Shown: positions 46,432-57,024 of the stretch, piece by piece | Layout: each line of letters starts with the position of its first letter | Numbering within the stretch: position 1 is the first letter of the stretch | Source of the DNA: Nitrospirota bacterium | GTDB taxonomy: Bacteria; Nitrospirota; JACRHJ01 | DNA length: 64,000 nucleotides | Direction of reading: 5' to 3' | NCBI GenBank assembly: GCA_963733375.1 | Contig: CAVTDB010000026.1 | Span: forward strand, 433,119-497,118 | Translations under genes and position numbers: made by a program | The notes under the pieces: model-generated | Databases searched by the model: none | Told to the model about the DNA's origin: nothing | The model's input: only the letters and a program-made list of their open reading frames with translations

Positions 46432-47291
46432 TATTCTGCACCTGTTCGCGTATTTTCTCCATCTCCGCTTTCATCTCGATTACGCGTTTCGCGATTTCAA
46501 AATCCGAGGACTTGCTCCCGACAGTGTTCAACTCCCGGTTTATCTCCTGAATGAGGAAGTCCAGCTTCCTGCCTACCGGGCCGCCTTCGTCCAGCATCTT
46601 GTGCAGTTGGGCCAGATGGCTCCTGCCGCGGACGACCTCCTCGGTCACGTCGCACCTGTCCGCCATCAGCGCCGCTTCCTGCGCCAGCCTTTCCCCATCC
46701 AGTTCGATCCCCTGGGCGAGTTTCTCCACTCTCTCCTTGAGCTTCGCCTGGTACTCCTTCACTACCTCCGGGGAGCGTTTCGCTACTTCGTCCAGACCGA
46801 GAGAGATGGTCAACGAGCGGTTCCGGATATCGGCGTCGAGATTTGCCCCCTCTTCCGCCCGCATCCTTTCCAGCGCGTTCATCGCCTCTGAAAGAGTAGC
46901 GTCCAGCGCCGACCAGGCCGCCTCAAGGTCGCCCGTCTCTTCCTGGATTATAATTATATCTTTCAACGAGCCGACCATATCGAGGTCGATCTCGCCCGGC
47001 AGACCGAACTGGGATTTCAGTTCCGACAGTAGTTCAATGTATTGTTTCGCCGCTTGAAGGTCCAGCTTAAGCGCCTTCGGTCCCTTCTTCCGAACCGCCT
47101 GAGGTCACGAAAACATCTATCCGCCCGCGGGAAAAACGCTCGCCGATAGCTTTTTTAAGCCGTCCTTCCAGCGCGGAAAGGCTTTTTGGCAGCCTCGGAG
47201 CCACGTCCAGGAACTTGTGGTTCACAGAGCGCATCTCGACGACGTAACCGCCGCCCTCGCCCTTGCCGAAGCCGGTCATGCTCTTTATCAT
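46424..47291 (-). CDS. yicC: YicC/YloC family endoribonuclease (frameshift near 47080)
   Basis: SMTGFG, RSVNHKFLD, GRKLDFLIQEINRELNT, REQVQNIE. Confidence 0.94.
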
Positions 47292-47369
47292 TGATAACTC
47301 CCCGAAATTAGGAATCATATTATAAAAAATTCCTTTTGTCAACGAGGCTTTTATGTTATCTTCCGATAC

Positions 47370-48194
47370 ATGGACAGCGGCTTTCGGCTTATAGATTCGG
47401 GTCCCGGCGGGGCGGCCTGGAACATGGCGGTGGATGAGGCCCTGCTGATTTTCTCCGGCTCCCCCGGTTCCTTACCCGTGCTCAGGTTCTATTCCTGGGA
47501 CTCCCCATCGCTCTCAATTGGTTCATTTCAAAGGGTTTTTGAGCTGGACCTGGAGGAACTTTCCGCCAGAGGAGTGCCGCTTGTAAGGAGGCCGACGGGT
47601 GGACGGGCGGTGCTCCACGACTCGGAGCTTACATACAGTGTAACCTGCCGGATTCCCAGCGATTTTTTCCCGTCAGACCTCATGGGTTCTTATAAGAAAA
47701 TCGGCGCCTGTTTCCTGCGGGGCCTGAACTTCATCGGGCTTCCGGCGGAGCTTGTACCGGTTAGAAAAGGCAAAAATAACAGTAACTTAAGTCATCCCCT
47801 GTGCTTCTCTTCGCCGTCTTGGTACGAGGTGCTGGCGGGCGGCAGGAAGCTTATCGGGAGTGCGCAAAGGCGGCTGAAAAACTCTTTTCTTCAGCAGGGT
47901 TCCCTGATTATCGAGAAGGATTACGACGCGCTTCTGGCCCTCATGAAATTCGAGAGTGAGGCCGACAGGCGGGCGGCGCGGGAAGCGCTCTCGGGGAAGA
48001 TGACCGCACTCACAGAGCACCTGCCGGGGGTCGATATTTCAGAGCTTAAGGCCGCGCTTATAAAGGGTTTTTCCGAGGAACTGGGTGCGGGTTTTGAGCC
48101 TGATTCCTTGACGCCGGAGGAGGAGGCGCTGGCGATGAAGCTGATGGCGGAGAAATATTCCCGATTGGAGTGGAATCTGGAGCGGCAGGCCTAA
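47370..48194 (+). CDS. Lipoate-protein ligase/octanoyltransferase (LipM-like)
   Basis: NMAVDEAL, RRPTGGRAVLH, KLIGSAQ. Confidence 0.9.
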   Translation: MDSGFRLIDSGPGGAAWNMAVDEALLIFSGSPGSLPVLRFYSWDSPSLSIGSFQRVFELDLEELSARGVPLVRRPTGGRAVLHDSELTYSVTCRIPSDFFPSDLMGSYKKIGACFLRGLNFIGLPAELVPVRKGKNNSNLSHPLCFSSPSWYEVLAGGRKLIGSAQRRLKNSFLQQGSLIIEKDYDALLALMKFESEADRRAAREALSGKMTALTEHLPGVDISELKAALIKGFSEELGAGFEPDSLTPEEEALAMKLMAEKYSRLEWNLERQA

Positions 48195-48675
48195 AAAAGC
48201 CTAAAAACCGGTTTTCGGCGAAAAAAAATATCTTTAATTTTCAAATAGTTGGAAAATCAAAAACCGGATTTTCCCGGCCTTAAAAATGTCGCAATATGAA
48301 GGCGTAATATCTATTTAGAACAAGAGTAAAATTGCTTATTAGCCCTTAAAAATACGATGTATCAAAAACCCCTCCCTGACCCCCTGAAAATGATTGTGCA
48401 TGCCGTGGAGATGCACTGTAATTCGATACCGGCTAAAATTTATTGATTATTTCATTTTTTTAAGAATAAATGCGTATCGATGGTGGCTTGGGCCGATTAA
48501 GCAGTACTAGTTATTAAGAGCATCTTTCACCCCACTCTCTTCTTTCCTTAGCCCCCCGCGCCGATTTCCAATTTCCTGTTTCTAAAAAATATTTAATTCT
48601 GCTTTAATCATTTTTTAATAATAGTCATGTATACATATCCAGATGCTTATTGTATAACATGAGGGATGACAAACC

Positions 48676-48969
48676 ATGGAGACAGGAAACACAAAAGCGG
48701 CCACGCGCAGAATTTTTCGCAGCATGGTGCTATTTACTTGCTCTGCTTTTCCCGAACTGCACCGCAGCATGCAAAGTGACGGTCTGGGTATCAACATCAG
48801 TGATACCGGATTAGGGATGTACGTAAGACAACCGTTATTCAAGGGCGAGGTCTTGAGGTTGCGCTTTCCCGCGGATGCGGCAATCGCGCAGGTTTCGGAC
48901 TATGCGGAGGTCGTGTGGGTCCGGCAGGAAAAAGACCGTTACCGGACCGGACTGAAGTTCCTCGTTTAA
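48676..48969 (+). CDS. Stand-alone PilZ domain protein
   Basis: RRIFR and NISDTG motifs, AEVVWVR...GLKF; GAGGGA RBS. Confidence 0.8.
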   Translation: METGNTKAATRRIFRSMVLFTCSAFPELHRSMQSDGLGINISDTGLGMYVRQPLFKGEVLRLRFPADAAIAQVSDYAEVVWVRQEKDRYRTGLKFLV

Positions 48970-49347
48970 AAAAATGCCTGTCTGGCTCTGACCGCCCGCA
49001 CCGGGCGAAGGGATTATCAGCCAGTGCGCATCCGCTTCAGTGCTCGGGGAAACGGAACCCGTGCCCGCCACGTCCGAAATGTTCGTGCAGTCCGGCGCCT
49101 TTATGAAGAAGGGCGCGCCCTGGTCGTTACCCGCCGAATCCCGGATCGTTATATCGACGCGCACGTTGTCCAGGCTCTGGTCAGGGAGGTTGTTCGTGAC
49201 CTTCAGCCGCGCGTCGAACGCGATGCGCTCAAGCGTCAGTTGCTGGTCGATCTCTATCTTCACAGTAGAGCATGCGGCGGGGGCGGAAGCCGGGCACAGG
49301 AGTGCCGCAAGGCACAGCATCAGGAGTGAGAATATTGTCTTTTTCAT
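48970..49347 (-). pseudogene. 5' fragment of a large secreted protein, truncated at the pilZ stop
   Basis: Signal peptide then CSTVKIEIDQQLTLERIAFDARL...HWLIIPSPGAGG; beyond 48970 the frame is only antisense pilZ. Confidence 0.6.
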
Positions 49348-49441
49348 AAAGCTCCGGCCCCTCTTAAACTATCGCGTAGGTCGCTCTTTTTAAAACTAAT
49401 ACCGCTTGCGCCTAAATCTTTAATAACCTTAACGCTCTTCC

Positions 49442-49469
49442 GGAAATATGGGACGTGTCCCCAATTTCC
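49442..49469. repeat. Imperfect REP-like hairpin
   Basis: GGAAATATGGGAC-GT-GTCCCCAATTTCC (11 of 13 pairs). Confidence 0.6.
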
Positions 49470-49504
49470 AGAAATTCGTTCCCGAATAGCCCGAATATCG
49501 GATG

Positions 49505-49555
49505 CCCCTGGAACAGCACGTTCACCCCGTCTCGTTTCCTATGAAAATAAATTGC
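49505..49555 (-). mobile_element. Degenerate remnant of a REP-associated tyrosine (Y1/RAYT) transposase
   Basis: Translates AIYFHRKRDGVNVLFQG, matching the RAYT YFNR-x6-LFQGR segment without gaps. Confidence 0.45.
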
Positions 49556-49567
49556 CCTCTGATTTCC

Positions 49568-49849
49568 TTATTTCTTGTGCATCTTTTTAAGCTTTAGATT
49601 ATAAAGTAATAAAAAATACCCCAAACCAGCCACGGACGCTATTACTGTACCAACTATCTTATCTGCAATTGAAAGATCAGTAAGCCAAAATGGAATTAAA
49701 ATAAAAATTCCGCAGGTGACGACAATAAGTTTTACTACAAACCTCGTTGATGTAACATCTATGCCAATCTTATATGCAATAATGAATATCACCAGTCCGA
49801 CGATTATTCCGGCAAAACCCACTAAAACTAATAAATGACCAAATTCCAT
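49568..49849 (-). CDS. AT-rich 3-TM small membrane protein, possible polymorphic-toxin immunity protein
   Basis: Three hydrophobic segments; ATG overlaps an upstream TAA (TAATG); visibly low GC. Confidence 0.65.
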   Translation of the reverse strand: MEFGHLLVLVGFAGIIVGLVIFIIAYKIGIDVTSTRFVVKLIVVTCGIFILIPFWLTDLSIADKIVGTVIASVAGLGYFLLLYNLKLKKMHKK

Positions 49850-49975
49850 TACTTACATCCTTTCTGGGGCGCCGTAGATTTATCAACAGACCTGACCGCC
49901 TCGTTCCATCGCCAGCGGGTCGTCTATCGCCAGGTTGTGCGTGTACCGCGCCTTCATGTTTCCCGTGTCGTCGTA
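49849..49975 (-). pseudogene. RHS-repeat core remnant joined to a short C-terminal tip
   Basis: 49975-49892 encodes [28 protein letters not shown]; 49890-49849 encodes SVDKSTAPQKGCK*. Confidence 0.65.
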
Positions 49976-52584
49976 AGCTTCTCCGCCTTTTCCTTAAGCT
50001 CGGACAGCTTGCCGAGCGCCTCCATCGGCGTCAGGTTCAGGATGTCCAATTCGCTTAGCTCGTCAGCGAACGCGTAATCTATTTTCGGCGTAAATAAATC
50101 GATCTGGCTCGTCTTGCTTGCCTTGCCGTCGCCCTTTTCTTTGTGCGGGTGCTTCTCCGCTTCGTCGTAGGATTTTTTCTCCAGGTCCCGAAGTATCTCC
50201 TTCGCGCGGGCGACGACTTCCCTGGGGAGTCCGGCCAGCCGCGCCACCTGTATCCCGTAGCTTCGGTCCGTCCCGCCCTGAAGGATCTTCCGGAGGAAAA
50301 CGATCTCGTCCTTCCATTCCTTCACGGAGACGTTGAAGTTCTTCGCGCTGGGAAGCGTTGCGGCAAGCTCGGTCAGCTCGTGGTAATGGGTTGCGAAAAG
50401 CGTCTTCGCCTTTATGTTCTCATGTATGAACTCCGCCACCGCCCAGGCGATCGAGAGGCCGTCGAACGTCGATGTCCCGCGCCCTATCTCGTCCAGTATC
50501 ACAAGGCTCCTGCCGGTGGCGTTATTCAGGATGTTCGCGGTCTCGTTCATCTCCACCATGAACGTGCTCTGGCCTTTCGCGATATTGTCGGACGCCCCTA
50601 CCCGCGTGAATATCCTGTCCGCCGCGCCGATTTTCGCGTACGCCGCCGGGACGAACGAGCCGGCCTGTGCCATCAGGGCGATGAGCGCGACCTGCCGCAT
50701 GAAGGTGGATTTCCCGGCCATGTTGGGGCCGGTAATTATCGCAAGCGTCGTATCGGGGTCGAGGCGGCAGTCGTTCGGCACGAAGCGCTCCCGCCCCACC
50801 ATCTCCTCCACCACCGGGTGCCGCCCCTCGCGTATATCTATAGAATCCTCGCCGTCCACCTCCGGCCCGGATATCCGCGCGAGACCGCCGCCTCGGCAAG
50901 CGAAGCCAATACGTCAAGCTCCGCGACGACTTCTGCGGTTAACTGCACCGCCGCGGCGTAAAGCGCGACCTGCTCCCGAAGCTCCACGAAGAGCCTGCCC
51001 TCCATCTCCAGCATCCGCTCCTCGGCGCCCAGGACCTTTTCCTCGTATTCCTTAAGCTCCGGCGTGATGTATCGCTCCGCGTTCACCAGGGTCTGTTTGC
51101 GGATAAAATAATCCGGCACCTTTGCAAGATGGGAGCGGGTAATCTCAATGTAATAGCCGAAGACTTTGTTGTACCGCACCTTCAGCGAATCGATGCCGGT
51201 TTTTGACCTCTCGTCCGCCTCGATGCCCGCGATTATCCCCCTGCCGTCCGAAAAATATTTCCGAAGCTCGTCAAGTTCCGGGTGGTAGCCGGTCCTTATC
51301 ACCCCGCCGTCTTTCAGCGTCGGCGGGACCTCGGCTGAAAGCGCGCGCTCGAGGATGTCCCGCAGTTCAAGGTGTTCCGAGAAAATCGATTTCAGCTCGG
51401 AAAGCCTCAGCGTCCCGGCCTCGGCTATCGCTTCCCGGACCTTCGGAAGCGCCTGGAGGGAGTTCCGTAATGCCGCCAAATCCCTTGGGCCTGCCACGCC
51501 GGAGCATATCCGCCCCATCAGGCGCTCCAAGGTCTGCAATCTCGCGGAGCGCGTCCCGCAGGACGTCGCGCATGGAGAAATTCTCCGCCAGTTCACCTAC
51601 CGCCTCATGCCGCAGCGCAATCTTGTGCAGGTCGAGCAGCGGCCTGATGAGCCAGGACTTCAGCATCCGGGTCCCCATCGAGGTGACGGTCCTGTCCAGG
51701 CAGTTTAGGAGCGTGCCTTCCTTGCCGGACGGGCTTTCGATTACTTCAAGGTTTTTCAGCGCCACCTCGTCCAATACCATGTAAGAGCCGGGGTTGTGCG
51801 CGCGTACTTTATTGATATTCGAAAGCGACTTCGCCTGCGTCTCCGAAAGGAATATGAAGGCGGCGCATGCGGAGGCTACCCCGGCGTCCATGCCGTCCAC
51901 CCCGAAGCCATCTAACGAGCTTACGCCGAAGTGTTCGAGCAGTTTCTGGTAGCCTGTGTCCGGGTCGAAACGCCAGTCGTCGGAGAGTTCGACTCGTTCT
52001 TTGTATTTCCGATAGACTTCCGCCAGCGGCTCTTTTCCCGCCGCGCCTTTTGGCAGGAGTATCTCCTTCGGGGCTATCCGTTCCAGCTCTCCCAGGAGTT
52101 TTTCATGCTCGGTTTCGTCGAACTCTGCGAGGTAAAATTCTCCCGTGGATATGTCCGCGAAGGCGAGTCCGATTTTTCTTTTATAGACCGAAAGCGATAG
52201 GAGGAAGTTGTTCTCGTTTGGCGAGAGGAGGTTGTCTTCAAGCAGGGTCCCGGGCGTTATTACCCGTATCACTTCCCGCTTCACGATGCCCTTGGCCGTC
52301 TTCGGGTCCTCCACCTGTTCGCACACGGCAACCTTGAACCCGCGTTTTATAAGCTTCGCGATATAGGCGTCGGCGGCGTGGTACGGGACACCGCAGAGCG
52401 GTATCGGCTCGTCTGAATTTTTATTGCGGGTGGTGAGGGCAATTTCAAGGACTTTCGAGGCTTTGACTGCGTCTTCTCCGAACATCTCGTAGAAGTCGCC
52501 CATGCGGAAGAAGAGTATCGAACCCGGATGCTTTTTTTTTATCTCCCTGTACTGCCGCATCAGCGGCGTATCATTAGACGACAA
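49954..52584 (-). CDS. mutS: DNA mismatch repair protein MutS (frameshifts near 51530 and 50870)
   Basis: [47 protein letters not shown]. Confidence 0.97.
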
Positions 52585-52597
52585 CTACAACCTCCAA

Positions 52598-53082
52598 CTA
52601 CTTAAGTTTCTCAAATCCCGGCCTCAGCTGCTCGTAAGTCTCGCTTAAATGCTGGGGCATTATGCGGGTGTCCTCCACTACGGACATGAAATTGGTGTCC
52701 CCCTCCCAGCGCGGGACGATATGGAAATGCAGGTGCTCCTTTATGCCCGCGCCCGCCGCCTGGCCCACGTTCAGGCCGACGTTGAAACCCTGCGGGTGCA
52801 TGGCTGTCCCTCATTATCCGGCAGCACTCGCGCGTCAGGGCCATCGCCTCGGTAAGCTCGGAATCCGAAAAGTCCTCAATCATCTCGGCGTGCTTGTAGG
52901 GGATGACCATCAGGTGGCCGTTGTTGTACGGGTACTTGTTCATTATGACGAAGTTCTCGCGGCCCCGGTACAGGATGTAGTTCTCGCGGTCTTTGTCCTC
53001 CGCGGGCATGGCGCAGAAGATGCAATAACCGGGCTTCTCGCCAAGGATGTATTCCAGCCTCCAGGGCGCCCATATTCTTCAT
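52598..53082 (-). CDS. HIT family hydrolase (Ap4A phosphorylase/Fhit-like), frameshifted
   Basis: [27 protein letters not shown]. Confidence 0.9.
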
Positions 53083-53099
53083 ATGGAATCTCCTTATTA

Positions 53100-53140
53100 C
53101 CTCCCCACCTGGGGGAGGGGGACCGGCTCCGCTGGTGGGG
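53100..53140. repeat. REP-like palindrome between udg and the HIT gene
   Basis: CCTCCCC-ACCT-GGGGGAGG; the loop resembles the mutL copy. Confidence 0.6.
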
Positions 53141-53145
53141 TTGGT

Positions 53146-53939
53146 TTACCCCTCCCCGTTATACTCCGCCATCAGTTTCTGCACGTCCGCCCATACCACC
53201 TTCTTTTCGCCGGGGTTCCGGAGGAGGTAAGCGGGATGGAAGGTGGGTATAAGCCTGATGCCCTCGTACTCGTGCCAGTTGCCTCGGAGCGAGCTTATCG
53301 GCTCCTTTGTTTTAAGCAGGGTCTGCGTGGCAAACTTCCCCAATGTGCAAATGAATTTGGGAGCTATAAGTTGAAGTTGTTTCTTAAGGAACGGCTCGCA
53401 CGCCGCTATCTCGTCCTCTTCGGGGTTCCTGTTCTCGGGCGGACGGCATTTGACGACGTTCGCGATATATACGTCGCTGCGCATCAGCTTCATGCCCTTC
53501 TCGATGATGTCCGTCAGGAGCTGTCCGGCCCGGCCCACGAAGGGTTCGCCCTTTATGTCCTCGTCGCGGCCCGGCCCCTCGCCGACGAACGCCAGCTTCG
53601 CCTCAGGGCTCCCCACGCCGAAGACGATGTTGGTACGGCCTTCGCAAAGCTTGCACCGCTTGCAATCTCCGATGAACTCGCGGAGGCCGTCCAGCGTCTT
53701 GACCTCGCGCAGGCCGGGATATAATTCCCCTTCCTCCTTGCCACACCCTCGCCCTTTATGGGAGAGAGGCTGGTTGAGCTTCTTTAACCCCCCGCGATTC
53801 GTCGGATGGCGGCTTCTCCCGTCCATCTGAAGCTCTCCGGGCCCCATTGCTCCGTCACGCCCGCGTCACGCAGGTAATCGGCGTACTCGGCGAATGCCGC
53901 GCCATCACGGCCCATCGGCGGCCCTGGTTTTCCGTCCAT
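53146..53939 (-). CDS. Family 4 uracil-DNA glycosylase (N-terminal frameshift)
   Basis: [28 protein letters not shown]. Confidence 0.93.
53741..53773. repeat. REP-like palindrome inside the udg linker
   Basis: CCA..CCCTCGCCC-TTTAT-GGGAGAGAG..TGG; translated as [11 protein letters not shown]. Confidence 0.7.
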
Positions 53940-54807
53940 CACCTCTCCCCCCATTTCAGCTTCGTCCGGAGCATATGGTAGTAGTCCTCCATCGGGCTTA
54001 TTACGATATATATCTTGTTCGAGGCCACCTTCGCTTCCACCACGTCCTCAGGCTTCAGGAGGAACCCCACCTGCCCGTCCAGCGTAAGGTACACGTCCTC
54101 CGTCTCCGAGCGTATAGCGGCTTCGAAGACTACCGTGTCCGGTAATATCAGGGGCCGGTTCGTGAGGGTGTGCGGGCAGATCGGCGTTATCCCCAGGCAG
54201 CTTAGCGACGGATGCACGATGGGGCCGTTCGCGCTAAGAGAGTAGCCCGTGGAGCCGGTGGGCGTATAGACGATGAGCCCGTCCGCCCTGAAAGTGGTCA
54301 GGAATTTGCCGTCGATGAAGGTGTCGATTTCGATTATCCTGGCAAGCGCCCCCTTGTTTATCACCATGTCGTTTAAGACGTGGTTGGAGGAAATTATCTT
54401 GCCTTCCCGCTTTATGGAGACGACAAGCAGGATCCTCTCCTGGACCTTGTACTGCCCCAGGAGCACCATCTCCATGGTGGCGTAAAGCTGCTCCACCGGG
54501 ACATTCGTAAGGAACCCCAGCGTGCCCAGGTTCACGCCGATGATGGGCGTCCCCTTCTCTTCGATTAGACGCGCAACGGAAAGGAGCGTCCCGTCGCCGC
54601 CGAAGACCACTATCGCGTCCGCCCGCTCCGGGATATCCTCTTTCGGACGCCCTGAAGCCCCAGGTGTGAGGCCGCCCCCCGGTCAAGGATCGTCTCGATT
54701 GAACGCTCGTCCAGCCAGACTTTAAGCTTCCCGGCAAGCTCCCATGCCGGGGCATTGTCGTGTTTGCAGATAATGCCTATTTTCTTTATTACCGGTGTCT
54801 GGGGCAT
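53939..54807 (-). CDS. nadK: NAD kinase (frameshift near 54640)
   Basis: GGDGT, NLGTLGFL, LND, DGLIVYTPTGSTGYSLS. Confidence 0.95.
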
Positions 54808-55260
54808 ATGCTCTCCAGCATTTCTTCATATCTTGCGCCAACAGCGGTTATGGTCAGCATCCGTCTGTCTTCACCAGCATGTGCAAGAAAATACCTCCAG
54901 TCGCTCGTCCGGCAGTTCGTCTCCCGCGCGTTCCGGCCATTCCACCATCGCCGCGCCCTCGCCCGGAAATTCCATGAACCCGATGCTTTCAAGGTCCGCC
55001 GGGCCGCTTAGGCGGTAGAGGTCGATGTGGTAAAGCGTTATCCTTCCGTGATATTCGTTTACGAGGGCGAAGCTTGGGCTGGTAGCCATATCGCGTGAGT
55101 CCATGCCTGATACGGCGCCCTGGACGAACGTCGTCTTGCCCGCCCCAAGCTCCCCTTTAAGGCAGATGAAATCACCCGGGGCAAGCAGACGCCCGAGTCT
55201 CATCCCGGCATCGAAGGTCTCACGGGCCGAACAGCTCTCAAAAGAGCAGGTCAGGGGCAC
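54789..55260 (-). CDS. tsaE: t6A biosynthesis ATPase TsaE (frameshift near 54887)
   Basis: GELGAGKTT, TSPSF, HIDLYRL, VEW. Confidence 0.94.
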
Positions 55261-55264
55261 TTTC

Positions 55265-55717
55265 TCAGTCCCTGGAGAAGGCCTTCAGCACGTCTTCCTT
55301 CCCGACTATGCCGACCAGCCTTCCTCCGCTCATTACGGGCAGGAGGTCAACGTCCTTTTCGGTCATTATGGTGGCGATATCGGTCAGGGTGGTGTCCTCC
55401 TCGATGGTTACGACATCGGGATTGCAGATATCCCCCACCCTCACCCCCACCATCTTTTTTAAATCTTCCTCAAATTTCTTTGAGCTTTCCAGGTAGATGA
55501 AGGCGTCGAATATCTGTACGACCGTCGGTATGTGCAGGCGCTTCTCCCGGTTTATCAGGTCGTTCTCCGTCACGATGCCGACCAGCCCCCCGGTCTCGTC
55601 AACGACCGGCGCGCCTGAAATATGGTGCTCCATCAAAAGCCTCGCCAGCTCCTCCACGGTCGTCCGCGGCCCGACCGTTATCACCTCGCGTGTCATTATG
55701 TCCTTTGCAGTAAGCAT
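55265..55717 (-). CDS. CBS domain pair protein
   Basis: AKDIMT, ISGAPVVD..G.LVGIVTE.D, LPV...LVGIV. Confidence 0.92.
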   Translation of the reverse strand: MLTAKDIMTREVITVGPRTTVEELARLLMEHHISGAPVVDETGGLVGIVTENDLINREKRLHIPTVVQIFDAFIYLESSKKFEEDLKKMVGVRVGDICNPDVVTIEEDTTLTDIATIMTEKDVDLLPVMSGGRLVGIVGKEDVLKAFSRD

Positions 55718-56047
55718 TTTCGTCTCCGTCAGGTTTGATTGAATTAATCTATCATAGGGACGCGGAGCTATCAAGGGGAAAAGGGCGTAAAGATAAGTGG
55801 GTGGTCAGGGGAGTTTTTTTCTTTTGTTGGAGGAATACCTGTGTTATATTCAGCCACTGTCGGAGACCATGACCAAAATAAAGGAATACGTAATTATGTA
55901 ACTTGCTACCCATATCGTTGTGTAACACGTTATATAAACAGACTATAAATTAACTTTATTTAATTTGCAACTTCTCGAAATGTGTGATATTTCTCGCGAC
56001 CATGATGCATGCCAGGGCATCTTGCTATTTTTTAAGGCGGGGGGGGC

Positions 56048-56575
56048 ATGAATATCCGCTTGGAAAATAAAGGCTTCACTCTTTTGGAAATCATGATAGC
56101 GCTTGCGATAACAGGCGTGGTTATTGCCCTCGCCATCCCTAACTTCATTCATATGAGAAGGCATCAAGACTTGAAAAACGCCGCAAATCTTATTTTTACT
56201 GATATGATGCTGGCGAGGTCACAGGCCATTTCGAAATATACCGATTATACTGTCGCTTTCAACGCGGCAACAAATACTTTTTCAGTTCAGAAAGGCACAC
56301 AAACCGCAGTTACGGACCCCAACAGCAGCAAATGGATTGACATAAATTTTTACTCCGACACAAGCGACCCCGACGTGCCGACTCTTTCTTCCAATAAGGT
56401 AATTTTCTATACGGATGGGTCGGCAGGCTTCAATGACAACAATCCCGGCTACGAAGCGGTATATCTCAGGAACAACCCTGACACGGGAGAAAGGCTCAGG
56501 GTCAAAGTCCTATGCTCCTCGGGCAAGGTGACTACTGAACAATGGGACGGTGGAGCATGGGTAAGCGGTTTCTAG
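56048..56575 (+). CDS. FimT/FimU/GspH-like minor pilin
   Basis: Prepilin site KG|FTLLEIMIAL; A..IFTDMMLARSQAI. Confidence 0.9.
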   Translation: MNIRLENKGFTLLEIMIALAITGVVIALAIPNFIHMRRHQDLKNAANLIFTDMMLARSQAISKYTDYTVAFNAATNTFSVQKGTQTAVTDPNSSKWIDINFYSDTSDPDVPTLSSNKVIFYTDGSAGFNDNNPGYEAVYLRNNPDTGERLRVKVLCSSGKVTTEQWDGGAWVSGF

Positions 56576-57006
56576 AGGCATCGGTTTTTGTCTTCCGGTC
56601 CGGCAAGGGTTACAGCCTTGTTGAGGTCCTGGTGGCCATGTCCATACTCATGACCGGCATGCTCGCCGTAGCGGGTATGTTTTATTACTCGAACAACGCA
56701 TTCGGGAGCGGCAGATACATCATTAAAGCGACAGAACTTGCCTCCAACAGGGTTTCAGACATAAAAATGTGTTCATACTCGAGTATAACTGACACTGCGA
56801 CATTAAGAAATCAATTCAACAATTCGACCACCATTAACGGCTTAAAATACTTTTATAATATGAGCACGACTCAAGTTGGAAACCTTCCGGCGGCAAGGGT
56901 TAAAGTAATAGTAAGATGGTCCATGACCCAAAACGGACGCAAAGGTAACCATGCGGTTTCACTGACAACCATTACGACAGGGAAAATGGAGAATTACTCC
57001 AGCTAG
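56557..57006 (+). CDS. PilV-like minor pilin
   Basis: KG|YSLVEVLVAMSILMTGMLA; VKVIVRW. Confidence 0.88.
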   Translation: MGKRFLEASVFVFRSGKGYSLVEVLVAMSILMTGMLAVAGMFYYSNNAFGSGRYIIKATELASNRVSDIKMCSYSSITDTATLRNQFNNSTTINGLKYFYNMSTTQVGNLPAARVKVIVRWSMTQNGRKGNHAVSLTTITTGKMENYSS

Positions 57007-57024
57007 CAAAACCAGGCGGCTGAC

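Noticed and set aside
48200-48310. CRISPR leader-like AT-rich tract followed by GTCGCAAT
   Set aside because: No second repeat, no spacers and no cas genes; eight bases are not enough.
56005-56030. Sigma-54 promoter before the pilin operon
   Set aside because: GG and GC are not separated by the required 10 nt on either strand.
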